Source: Candidatus Nanohalobium sp. (GTDB lineage Archaea > Nanohalarchaeota > Nanosalinia > Nanosalinales > Nanosalinaceae). From it: a stretch of 36,038 nt of DNA. Positions 25,483 to 33,792 of this stretch are shown one piece after another. The notes beneath the pieces are model-generated. The model saw nothing but the letters and a program-made list of their open reading frames with translations. It searched no databases and was not told the origin of the DNA. Made by a program: the position numbers and the translations under genes. Position 1 is the first letter of the stretch. Each line of letters starts with the position of its first letter. The stretch spans positions 8,390 through 44,427 of the forward strand of contig JBDGTY010000023.1 in assembly GCA_042216335.1 (NCBI GenBank). Direction: 5' to 3'.

Positions 25483-26313
25483 ATGACTGAGGAGAACCCG
25501 CCAACACCGATCGGCTACGGAAGCCTGTTTCTGCCGCCCTCTGTGATGAGGATAGACGATTCAGTAGGCAAGGCAAAGCCCAAGTATGAGGAAGACAGAA
25601 GGTACGGCGACAGAAACATCCTGAGAAGTAGTGCCGTTGAGTCATGGGCCCGGCGTGAGAAGGAGGCCAGAGAGGGCGGCGAGAACGGTATCGAGATGAT
25701 GCCAGTCAAGGTCGACGGCTTCAGGAGAAAGTACGATCTCAAGACAAGCTACGGCGGAACTATGCTGGATATCGAAAAAGATGAGAAAGAGTGGATGAAC
25801 GCAGTAGTTATCTCTGGGCTTTCCGAAGAGGAGAAAGAGGAACTTGACTCATCAGAATCATCATACGAGACAGTTAAAGTAGATCTTGAGGATGTAGAGT
25901 CCTATGTAGAAGAGCAGAGAGAAACTCTTGAACAGGAATTTGAGAACGGCGAAGTAGAACTCTACATCGGAGAACCAAGAACCACGAACAGAACACGTAA
26001 GCAGACCTACCACGACAGGATCAGGACAGGAATTGATATGATCGGAGAGAGTTTGGAAGCAATGTATGGGGAAACAGACGGAGAAAAGCTGGCCGAAGAG
26101 ATGTGGAGAGACTTTAAACAGACAACTTATGAATCTCCAATCGCGGGCTTCCCAAGCCAAGAGCCCGAGGCTGAAGACTACATACATGTGCCTAACATGG
26201 TTGAAGAATCCCGGAGAGATAACAGAGAGGAATGGTTCAACACAGTTGAACAGAACGACAGGGCAGAGGAAGCATTCGGCAAGCTGATGGAAGACACTTT
26301 GTTGGGAGAGTGA
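25483..26313 (+). CDS. Hypothetical protein with gamma-glutamylcyclotransferase-like N-terminal motif
   Basis: IGYGSL, V-x-GFRR and NAVV...ELD-x-x-E-x-x-Y. Confidence 0.6.
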   Translation: MTEENPPTPIGYGSLFLPPSVMRIDDSVGKAKPKYEEDRRYGDRNILRSSAVESWARREKEAREGGENGIEMMPVKVDGFRRKYDLKTSYGGTMLDIEKDEKEWMNAVVISGLSEEEKEELDSSESSYETVKVDLEDVESYVEEQRETLEQEFENGEVELYIGEPRTTNRTRKQTYHDRIRTGIDMIGESLEAMYGETDGEKLAEEMWRDFKQTTYESPIAGFPSQEPEAEDYIHVPNMVEESRRDNREEWFNTVEQNDRAEEAFGKLMEDTLLGE

Positions 26314-26360
26314 ACGTCCGTTCTAATTTAAAATTCCAGAGTTCTTTTCCCAATTAAGAG

Positions 26361-27446
26361 ATGGGTATCGACGACCGTATTCAGGAACTTGAGGATAAGC
26401 TTGAGAAGACTCCTGTGAACAAGGCGACGGAGACTGAGAGAGGCCGGTTGAAGGGCCAGATCGCCGAGCTGAAGGAGGAGAAGCAGAAGAAGCAGAAAGG
26501 CACTGGTGAGACCTCGGGCTACGCTGTCGAGAAGAAGGGCGATGCGACAGTCGCACTTGTCGGATTTCCATCGGTCGGAAAGTCGACTCTATTGAACCAT
26601 GTGACCAATGCTGATTCAGATACAGGAGCCTACGAGTTCACGACTCTGGACGTCAATCCCGGCATGCTTGAGCACAAGGGCGCGAAGATACAGATACTGG
26701 ACGTTCCCGGACTGATTGGCGGCGCAGCCGATGGAAGAGGCGGAGGGACACAGGTGCTCTCCGTTGTCAGAAATGCAGGATTTGTTGTAATAATGCTTGA
26801 CCCTGAAGAGATGAGAGAGGACGAGATAAAATCCGAGCTTTACGATGCCGGGATCAGGATCAACAGGCAGCCTCCGGACATGAAGGTTGAGAAGAAGGGC
26901 CGTGGCGGTATCAATATCTCGACGACCGTCGATCTTGACATCGAGGAGGAGACCATCAAACAGATGATGCAGCAGCGCGGCTACACCAACGCCGAGGTCA
27001 TCATAAGGGAGGAGATGGACCTGGACAGGTTCGTCGACGGCTTGATGCGGAACAGGAAGTACGTGCCTGCTATAACAGTCGTCAACAAGGTCGACATGCT
27101 CTCCGACGAGAAAAGAAAGGAGTACAGGGAAGAATACGATCTTCTTATATCCGCAGAGGAGGAAGAAAACCTCGAAGAGTTGAAGGATGAGATTTTCGAT
27201 GGTCTGGGACTGATCCGGATCTACATGAAGGAGAAGGGCGAGGAGCCTGACAGAGAAGATCCTCTGATAATGAAGGAAGGCAGCACAGTTGAGGAGGCGC
27301 TTGACGAACTGCCCGGCGACATGAAGGACCGGTTCAAGAAGGCCAAGGTTACAGGAGAGTCATCAAAGTTCCCGGAGCAAAAGGTCGGGATGGAGCACGA
27401 ACTGATGGACGAGGACGTCCTGGAACTGAACCTGAGACATATCTAG
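26361..27446 (+). CDS. DRG/OBG-family GTP-binding protein with TGS domain
   Basis: TPVNKATE, GFPSVGKST, YEFTTL, DVPGLI, NKVD and a C-terminal TGS domain. Confidence 0.93.
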   Translation: MGIDDRIQELEDKLEKTPVNKATETERGRLKGQIAELKEEKQKKQKGTGETSGYAVEKKGDATVALVGFPSVGKSTLLNHVTNADSDTGAYEFTTLDVNPGMLEHKGAKIQILDVPGLIGGAADGRGGGTQVLSVVRNAGFVVIMLDPEEMREDEIKSELYDAGIRINRQPPDMKVEKKGRGGINISTTVDLDIEEETIKQMMQQRGYTNAEVIIREEMDLDRFVDGLMRNRKYVPAITVVNKVDMLSDEKRKEYREEYDLLISAEEEENLEELKDEIFDGLGLIRIYMKEKGEEPDREDPLIMKEGSTVEEALDELPGDMKDRFKKAKVTGESSKFPEQKVGMEHELMDEDVLELNLRHI

Positions 27447-27539
27447 AAAAGGCCTCAGCGCCAAGTAAAAACTGTTTTGAACGATCTAAGCGCTTTAATC
27501 CAAAGAGTACTTAAAGGTTTCAGGCATTATTCTGTACTG

Positions 27540-27650
27540 ATGGCATCCGATTTTGTGGATGAGACCGGCAGGCATATCCCGGTTGATTTCCAGGAGAAAG
27601 GCCTCTTCACGAGGAAACTCTCCAGTTTAAAGGAGTTAGTCAGGAGATAA
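27540..27650 (+). CDS. Candidate 36-aa small protein
   Basis: Manual translation MASDFVDETGRHIPVDFQEKGLFTRKLSSLKELVRR*, with a CTTAAA TATA-like element about 28 nt upstream. Confidence 0.4.
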   Translation: MASDFVDETGRHIPVDFQEKGLFTRKLSSLKELVRR

Positions 27651-27693
27651 AAATTCAGTGACCTGATACTATTCTTCTCTCTTTATTCCTTTC

Positions 27694-28027
27694 ATGATCC
27701 GAAAGATTTATTCAGCGGAAAAGAAACCATTATTATGTCAGAGGAGTTTATCGGGATGTTTCTGATGCGGATTCCGTCAAACTTTATGGCGGCCCCAACA
27801 ACAGAGAACTCGATGAAGCCCTGGAAAATACCGGAATCGTGTATGTAGACGAGTTTCTTGAGGAAGAGAACTCTACTACACCACAGACCACCTTGATAGA
27901 GATTCAATACAACAGCGTCATAAGCGAACAGTTCAAGAAAAACAGAGTTATAGCGAAAGCGATAAGAGAGATAGTTGGAGAAGAGAGGTACGATGAGATA
28001 GAAGATATAGTAGAAAGGGAACTTTAG
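27694..28027 (+). pseudogene. Hypothetical gene with an apparent 1-nt insertion after the start codon
   Basis: ATG (27694), one extra A, then a 110-codon open acidic frame from 27698 (SERFIQRKRNHYYVRG...EREL*). Confidence 0.4.
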
Positions 28028-28030
28028 GAA

Positions 28031-28405
28031 CTATTCGACCAGCTTGCCGTTGATCACTCCGTCCTGTCCAGGCCGGGAAGTAACTTCAACTTTTCCCTCG
28101 GAAGTCTCAACGATAGTTCCCTTAGTCAGTAGAGATCTTCTGACGAAGTTCGGGTTAGCCGGGTTGTCTTCCACCGACTGGATCTCTGCCTCGACTACTT
28201 CGCCGTCTTCCGCTACATTGATTGTCTCCGATCTTTTGGCGACTGTCTTCTGGTTGCCGCCTCTTGTTCTCTTGGTTATCGTTTTCTGTTCTCCTGTTTC
28301 CGGTTCGGAGAACTCGTCGCCGAGGTCATGTTTGCGGCTTTTCCTGTAGCTCCGGGTTTTGCCCCCTGTCTTCTTTGTCTTTGAACGGTCTTGCCAGACT
28401 GCCAT
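28031..28405 (-). CDS. rps8e: 30S ribosomal protein S8e
   Basis: MAVWQDRS...TGG, RTRGGN, NPANPNFVRR...TKG and VTSRPGQDGVIN. Confidence 0.97.
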   Translation of the reverse strand: MAVWQDRSKTKKTGGKTRSYRKSRKHDLGDEFSEPETGEQKTITKRTRGGNQKTVAKRSETINVAEDGEVVEAEIQSVEDNPANPNFVRRSLLTKGTIVETSEGKVEVTSRPGQDGVINGKLVE

Positions 28406-28528
28406 AATATATAATGAGGCTGCAGTGAAATTTTATAAAAACGGGTTTAGCTGTGTGCTGAGGACTGGCGTCCGGAAGGGTTTATTAAAGTTCACGCGGC
28501 ATTCCCGGGTATAGGTGTCGACTAATCT

Positions 28529-28771
28529 ATGTCTGATGGAAACAACAGAAGGCCTTTTGACGTACTAAACGAAGCAAAAGACGGAAGAATACTAGTAACT
28601 CTCAAAGGCTACGGAGATGAGGAAAAACAGGTTTCAGGAGAGCTCCAGGCCTTCGACAAGCACCTCAACATCTGGCTTGAAGACGCCAGAGTCACAAGCG
28701 AAGAAGGACAGACAGACTACGGCCAACTATTCGTCCGTGGAGACAACATCCTCTTCGTAAGTCCAGAATAA
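28529..28771 (+). CDS. Sm-like archaeal protein (SmAP1/Lsm)
   Basis: RPFDVL, Sm1 GELQAFDKHLNIWLEDA and Sm2 FVRGDNI. AGGTG Shine-Dalgarno. Confidence 0.93.
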   Translation: MSDGNNRRPFDVLNEAKDGRILVTLKGYGDEEKQVSGELQAFDKHLNIWLEDARVTSEEGQTDYGQLFVRGDNILFVSPE

Positions 28772-28784
28772 AACGTGATTATCT

Positions 28785-28946
28785 ATGGGATTGAACAAAG
28801 GAAAACGTAACAACAAGGTACACGGCAAATGCAGACGCTGCGGGGAAAAAAGTTTCCACCTCTCCAAGAAGGTCTGCGCATCATGCGGATTCGGCAAGAC
28901 AAAGAAGAGAAACGACTTTGACAAGGCCAAGCCCCGCAAGGAATAG
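28785..28946 (+). CDS. rpl37e: 50S ribosomal protein L37e (53 aa, absent from the ORF track)
   Basis: Manual translation [53 protein letters not shown]. The lsm-rpl37e synteny is conserved in archaea. Confidence 0.95.
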   Translation: MGLNKGKRNNKVHGKCRRCGEKSFHLSKKVCASCGFGKTKKRNDFDKAKPRKE

Positions 28947-28951
28947 AGCCG

Positions 28952-29182
28952 ATGGAAGACCAAGAGAAAGCTTTCTCAGCGATAATTCTCTCCCAGAGCG
29001 GAGACTACCTGGTAGAGACAGAGGAACAGGTAGAGAAACAGGGACACGGCGTAGAAGTAACCGACCCGTACATCTTCAACGAGAACGAGAAAGCACAGCT
29101 CGTCAAAGCCGACAAAGTATTCATCCCATACAGCTCAGTAGAAACCATCCAGTACGGAGACTTCACACAGGAAACAGTCTAG
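28952..29182 (+). CDS. Small hypothetical protein, possible divergent Sm/Hfq fold
   Basis: 76 aa, 5 nt after rpl37e, host-like codons, with a beta-rich pattern ending in KVFIPYSSVETIQ. Confidence 0.75.
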   Translation: MEDQEKAFSAIILSQSGDYLVETEEQVEKQGHGVEVTDPYIFNENEKAQLVKADKVFIPYSSVETIQYGDFTQETV

Positions 29183-29253
29183 ACAGAGAAAAGAGCCGCT
29201 GAGGCCTTAGGCCGAACGTGGCAACAGCTTGATCAAACTTAGCTCGAAAGTTT

Positions 29254-29483
29254 GGGTCCGTAGCTCAGCCTGGCAGAGCGCCGGCCTTTTACTCGCTTTG
29301 GTTCATCCCAGAAGATTTCGGGACTCGAGGCGTCAGCCGAGAGTGGAACCATAGTGATCGTGACTCGAAACTCCTTGGAGTTTCTGGGTCATAAGAAAAT
29401 CCTTTCGAGGATTTTCGAGAGTCCGAAGGGATTCGGACTAAGAAGTTAGCCGGTCGTCGCGGGTTCAAATCCCGCCGGACCCG
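29254..29483 (+). tRNA. tRNA-Lys(UUU) with a 156-nt intron at position 37/38; CCA not encoded
   Basis: Exon 1 (29254-29291) GGGTCCG TA GCTC AGCCTGGCA GAGC G CCGGC CT TTT A. Exon 2 (29448-29483) A GCCGG TCGTC GCGGG TTCAAAT CCCGC CGGACCC G. All four stems pair. Confidence 0.92.
29292..29447 (+). other. Structured tRNA intron (relaxed bulge-helix-bulge)
   Basis: C32-U35 (CUUU) pairs with intron GAAG (29442-29445), with 3-nt bulges UA|C and UU|A. The interior folds into five hairpins. Confidence 0.85.
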
Positions 29484-29516
29484 AAACCCTAAACCTGTTT
29501 CTCCACAAACTAATTT

Positions 29517-29999
29517 GTGGCAATCGAAACCCTGACGATGATTGTTTCTGCACTGCTTATCGCCGGAGTTATCGGAAGTATAGTTCCTATGATGCCGGGC
29601 GCTTTATTCTCGCTGGCCGGTATCGGCGTCTACTTCTTCTATACCGATGATCCAAGCATCCTGTTTACTGTGTTCGGAGCTTTTACCGGAGTTTTTGCAC
29701 TTCTCGTCGACTGGTTCGCTGGTGCAGTTGCCTCAAAGTACGGTGGCGCCTCAACCAGGACGAGTATAGCCGCAGGCATCACGGGATTGATCGGATTCAT
29801 CTTTCTCGGCGGGCCGATTGGCCTGGCCCTGGCGGTAGCAGCCACAGTGTTCATCCGGGAATACCTGATCCATGGAGATGAGGAGGACAGCTTCAGGGCA
29901 GCGCTCTACACCACTATCGGCGTCCTGGGCTCAGGAGTAATCCAGGCACTTTTGACCGGGTCGATACTTGTAGCTTACCTCCTAACATTCGTGATATAA
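29517..29999 (+). CDS. DUF456-family membrane protein
   Basis: GVIGSIVPMMPG and VDW...SKYGGAS...GPIG. GTG start. Confidence 0.8.
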   Translation: MAIETLTMIVSALLIAGVIGSIVPMMPGALFSLAGIGVYFFYTDDPSILFTVFGAFTGVFALLVDWFAGAVASKYGGASTRTSIAAGITGLIGFIFLGGPIGLALAVAATVFIREYLIHGDEEDSFRAALYTTIGVLGSGVIQALLTGSILVAYLLTFVI

Positions 30000-30379
30000 T
30001 GGAACTCGAAGGAGAAGTCACGTCCGGCCTGGGAAAAGGAAGGTACTACATGTCGAAGGAGGTCTACCAGGAAGTTTTCGACGAGAAACTGGGTTTCAGG
30101 CCTTTTCCCGGCACATTGAATATCAAGGTTGACGAGGAAAAGAGGGAAGAGTTTGAGGAAAGTTCGGAGACTATCGAGATCAGAGAAGTCTACGATGAAG
30201 ATGGGGAGAGACTGAGCGATGTGGACGTGATGCCATGCAGCATCGAAGGAGTTGAGTGCGGTTTGCTGAACCTCGAGATCACTGACCATGATTATTCTAT
30301 AGCGGAGGTCATCGCGCCGGTTGAGTTGAGGGAAAAGTTTAACCTTGTTGACGGGGATAATGTCGTACTGGAGAGATGA
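29999..30379 (+). CDS. ribK: CTP-dependent riboflavin kinase (stand-alone, no HTH)
   Basis: GEVTSGLGKGRYYM, LGFRPFPGTLNI and EVIAPVELRE...L-x-DGD. Confidence 0.92.
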   Translation: MELEGEVTSGLGKGRYYMSKEVYQEVFDEKLGFRPFPGTLNIKVDEEKREEFEESSETIEIREVYDEDGERLSDVDVMPCSIEGVECGLLNLEITDHDYSIAEVIAPVELREKFNLVDGDNVVLER

Positions 30380-31101
30380 AAAGGAGCTACGTGGCTGCGT
30401 TGCTGATGGTTGCGGTACTGGCCTTCTCGCTCGGCACCCTGTATCCAGACAGCTCAAGTGACGGATTGAAGAGTATGGAGGGCAGCGGGTCGGCCACGGC
30501 CAAGATAGTAGCGGCCTCCAAGAACTCGAATACCGGTGCGATCGGCCAGGTCAAAGTCGAGATTATTCCTGGCGATGGAGACGTGCTGGTGGAGACTAAC
30601 CCTTTCATACAGACTGATACGCAGGTTTCAGCGACGAAGGCGAAGGAGGTCGCCGAAGAAGTCGTCGGGAAGTCGCTGGAAAACCATGACGTAATATACA
30701 CCATCAGAATGGATTCCACGGTAGTCGGCGGGCCTTCAGCTGGCGCAGCAATGACGCTGGCCACAATCGCCGCCATGACCGACAAAGAGATCAGGCAAGA
30801 GGCCGTAATTACTGGCACCATCACCGAGTCAGGCAGGATCGGAAAGGTCGGCAAGATACCGGTCAAGGCCTATGCCGCCGGAAAGGCTGGTATAGAGGAC
30901 TTCTACGTGCCGGAAGGCCAGTCAGTAAAGGTGAACTACGAGAAGGTTGTGGAGCGGGAGACCGACGGATTCTTCGTCTACCGCGACGTCGAGTACAGGC
31001 CCCGGAAGTTCAACATATCAGCCTATACAATGAGAAACTTCGGAATGAAGACAGAAGAGGTTGGGAGCATCTATCAGGCTATGGAGAAGATGTTGAAGTA
31101 G
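30376..31101 (+). CDS. Membrane-anchored/secreted S16 (Lon protease domain) peptidase
   Basis: N-terminal hydrophobic signal, VGGPSAGAAM (Ser), ITGTI and VGKIPVK (Lys). No ATPase domain. Confidence 0.85.
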   Translation: MKRSYVAALLMVAVLAFSLGTLYPDSSSDGLKSMEGSGSATAKIVAASKNSNTGAIGQVKVEIIPGDGDVLVETNPFIQTDTQVSATKAKEVAEEVVGKSLENHDVIYTIRMDSTVVGGPSAGAAMTLATIAAMTDKEIRQEAVITGTITESGRIGKVGKIPVKAYAAGKAGIEDFYVPEGQSVKVNYEKVVERETDGFFVYRDVEYRPRKFNISAYTMRNFGMKTEEVGSIYQAMEKMLK

Positions 31102-31200
31102 ACAGAGAGGTATTCAAGGAATTTATCTCATCGGCGACACTTAATTTTTCGGTTCGATTTTTAACCGGGCAGAGTCAAACCTTTCTCCCAGGGGTCAACC

Positions 31201-31482
31201 TTGGCAGCAGAATCCGAATACAAAGGTCTCGAAATTCTGGCATCAAAGATAAAATCCGGCGAAATTACCGATTGCTCTGACGATGGTTTCACAGCTACTT
31301 TATACGATGGCGCTCAGAGCCTTGAAATAGTCTACGATGATGGCCGACTCATGCAGTACAGCAGATTCGGTTCAGGAAAAACTCTCGGCCAGTACGAATC
31401 AGCTCAGGAAGCAGCGGAAACAATCGAGGAATCCCTAGGCATCAATCTTTCGATAGAGGGGGAATTAACTTCTAGCGCATAG
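31201..31482 (+). CDS. Hypothetical protein
   Basis: 93-aa acidic ORF with a TTG start that fills the gap between genes. Confidence 0.5.
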   Translation: MAAESEYKGLEILASKIKSGEITDCSDDGFTATLYDGAQSLEIVYDDGRLMQYSRFGSGKTLGQYESAQEAAETIEESLGINLSIEGELTSSA

Positions 31483-33424
31483 AATCCGGAAAACCGACAA
31501 TCTTAGTCTCGTACTCGCCGCCCTCTCCGGCCGTGTTAAAACCGTATTCCCGGGAAAGCTCTATCATTTCTTCTACTTTTTCCTCGTCCAGAGCTACTCC
31601 TTCCCATTCCTCGTTTAATCCGCGGGCCGCAACATCAGTGATCTCAACCTCGAAGCCTTCACGGATAAGCCACTTCATATACCTTTCCTGATCCTCCTGC
31701 CAGAGAGGGGCGAAAACCTTCAGACCGACTTCTTCAGCAACTTTTTCGACTCTATCCCTCTGGTAGGTCGAGGCCAGCGCACCGACGACGACGCCTTCCA
31801 CACCGTACTCTTCCCTAGCTCTTTCCAGTCCTTTCTTCAGGTCTTCAAGCTCTTCTTCTTTCTCACCTTCAGTCTCCTGGACCATCAGCGGAATATCAAG
31901 TTTTTCTGCCTGCCACTCCAGGTCTTTCTCCGACTTCTTCGAGTCGAACATGTAGGAATGCTCATTCTCCGAACGGAGTGTGAGAAGGCAAGAAATCTCA
32001 TTATTCCTTCTCTGCATCCTGTAGAGCACGGCGTTAGAGTCCTTTCCTCCGGAGGTAAGCGCGACCAGCTTCCTGTTGGGTTCGCTCCTGAAAGAATTCA
32101 GGTAACTTTGCTTGTGGTCAAAGCCGTTATCTTTTGCCAGTCTGTCGATGGCTTTGTCAAAATTGCTGCCGTACTGTGCCGCGGTCTTACCTCTCCACGC
32201 CACTTTCTCCGGTACACCCAGCTTTTCCGCCGCCTTTCTCAGGACGTATTTCCTGTAATCATCCTTCACCTTGTATTCCTCTGGTATAGTCAAGGCATTT
32301 TCCACTAATTCATGGTCGAGGAACGGAAGCCTTATCTCACGGCCGTTCCGGAAGCTGATGACGTTGTCCCGGTACAGGTCACCCTCAAATATTCTCCTCA
32401 GCCCGGAGAGACACTCCTTGTTAAGGTAGCCCTGCTGGCGATGGTATCCTGCGTAGAGTTGTTCGGAACCAAGGCCTGAGAAGACTACCTGGCCTTCATC
32501 TGCATGATCTTTCAGTGAGAAGTGAAATGGAAGTGCCACACCGTTCTTGACGACTGAGGTGCTTGAAATCCAGTCAGCTATCTTCGGGAGAGCTTCCTCT
32601 ACCTCCTCCAGATCGGCCTCATAGACCTCAAGCTTTATGCCCATTTCTTCAGCAACTTTTGCTGCCCAGTCCATATCCCTCGGGGCGTTAACATTACCGT
32701 GCTGGATTCCCGCGGTGTAGGCCGTGAAGTCCTTTCCAAGTTCCTGCAGGGCGGCCGCGATAAGCGTGGAGTCGACGCCACCCGAGAACAGGAGGCCGAC
32801 ATCACCCTTCGGAATACGCTTCTCAACCGCTTTCAGGAACTTTTCCCTTATCTCTTCCGCTGCCTGGTCCAGTTCCTTTTCTTCCTCCACGTTGATTTCG
32901 AAAAATTCTCTCTGTTCAAAGTCGAGCTTTTCCTTTTCGATATCGTATCTGAGTATCTGCCGAGGAATGAGTTCTCGGGCCTCCAACCCCTGTTTCTCCA
33001 GCGCCTGTTTCTCCGACGCGAAGACGAAGGGGTCCTCCGAATACCATATAGGGTTTACACCGAGAACATCTCGGGCCAGGGCTAACTCATTATTTTCCAA
33101 ATATGCGAACGCGTAGATGCCGTCAACCTTCTGCAGTCCCTCAACACCTTTCTCTTCAAGAAGTTTCAGCAATGTTTCCGCGTCGTTCCTGGTTTCCCAG
33201 CCGTATCTTTCATTAAGCTCCTCCCAGTTGTATATTTCGCAGTTGGCAGAGAGGACGCCTGATTCTTCAAGCGGCTGCTCCACTTCTCCGACCACCGAGT
33301 GGAGTACGTGGCCGAGAGAGAAGTTGTCAAAGTCTCTGGTCTGGCAGGAGCTGCCTCTGTGCTGCATCTCTTCTATCAGGTTCTCTACTTTTTCCTGTTC
33401 ACTGGCTCCTGCAATCCCGCACAT
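31472..33424 (-). CDS. Fusion of an asparagine synthetase B-like protein (Ntn glutaminase + synthetase) and diphthine--ammonia ligase (Dph6)
   Basis: AsnB part: MCGIAG, HRG, ANCEIYN, LARDVLGVNP, FSGGVDS and RLPFLD. Dph6 part: LVALTSGGKDS, SYMF, GALASTYQRDRVE, FAPLW and AGEGGEYET. Confidence 0.9.
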   Translation of the reverse strand: MCGIAGASEQEKVENLIEEMQHRGSSCQTRDFDNFSLGHVLHSVVGEVEQPLEESGVLSANCEIYNWEELNERYGWETRNDAETLLKLLEEKGVEGLQKVDGIYAFAYLENNELALARDVLGVNPIWYSEDPFVFASEKQALEKQGLEARELIPRQILRYDIEKEKLDFEQREFFEINVEEEKELDQAAEEIREKFLKAVEKRIPKGDVGLLFSGGVDSTLIAAALQELGKDFTAYTAGIQHGNVNAPRDMDWAAKVAEEMGIKLEVYEADLEEVEEALPKIADWISSTSVVKNGVALPFHFSLKDHADEGQVVFSGLGSEQLYAGYHRQQGYLNKECLSGLRRIFEGDLYRDNVISFRNGREIRLPFLDHELVENALTIPEEYKVKDDYRKYVLRKAAEKLGVPEKVAWRGKTAAQYGSNFDKAIDRLAKDNGFDHKQSYLNSFRSEPNRKLVALTSGGKDSNAVLYRMQRRNNEISCLLTLRSENEHSYMFDSKKSEKDLEWQAEKLDIPLMVQETEGEKEEELEDLKKGLERAREEYGVEGVVVGALASTYQRDRVEKVAEEVGLKVFAPLWQEDQERYMKWLIREGFEVEITDVAARGLNEEWEGVALDEEKVEEMIELSREYGFNTAGEGGEYETKIVGFPDSMR

Positions 33425-33479
33425 GTTGAGGGAATTTGGGGTTAAGGCTTTTTGAGTTATAATTTTTTCTCAACTGAAC

Positions 33480-33761
33480 TTGTCCGTGATCAATCTGACG
33501 GAAGCAGATATATCCGGCTCGCTGCAGAAAATCCAGGGAGAGCTAGGTTCACCGCTGGTGCATAGGTATGAAACCGTGTACAGCCCTGAACTAAGCGGAG
33601 AGGAAATCGAAACACGTTACGGAGAGATAGAGGGAGTCAACGATGTTTCGGTACGCGACATCTCAGAAGATTATCCTCGATACGAGGTGGAAGTATTCAT
33701 CGAGGAAAGAGAGGTAACTGAAAAAGACGACTATCAGCAGATACTCTCTCAAACACAGTAA
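33480..33761 (+). CDS. Hypothetical acidic protein
   Basis: 93-aa ORF with a TTG start and a TTATAA box upstream. Confidence 0.55.
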   Translation: MSVINLTEADISGSLQKIQGELGSPLVHRYETVYSPELSGEEIETRYGEIEGVNDVSVRDISEDYPRYEVEVFIEEREVTEKDDYQQILSQTQ

Positions 33762-33792
33762 TCATCTTGGCCGAAATCAGGTTCCTGTGGTG

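Noticed and set aside
28406-28528. SRP RNA next to rps8e, as in some archaea
   Set aside because: The gap is only about 120 nt, is filled by divergent promoter elements and has no SRP helix-8 motif.
29292-29447. Intron as a C/D-box guide, a group I intron, a CRISPR array or a coding insert
   Set aside because: No C/D boxes, no recognisable group I core, no repeat-spacer periodicity and no credible ORF.
918-29483. Co-occurrence of cca, elp3, RNase P proteins and tRNA-Lys as a dedicated tRNA-maturation cluster
   Set aside because: The genes are scattered in separate transcription units, as expected by chance in a small genome dominated by informational genes.
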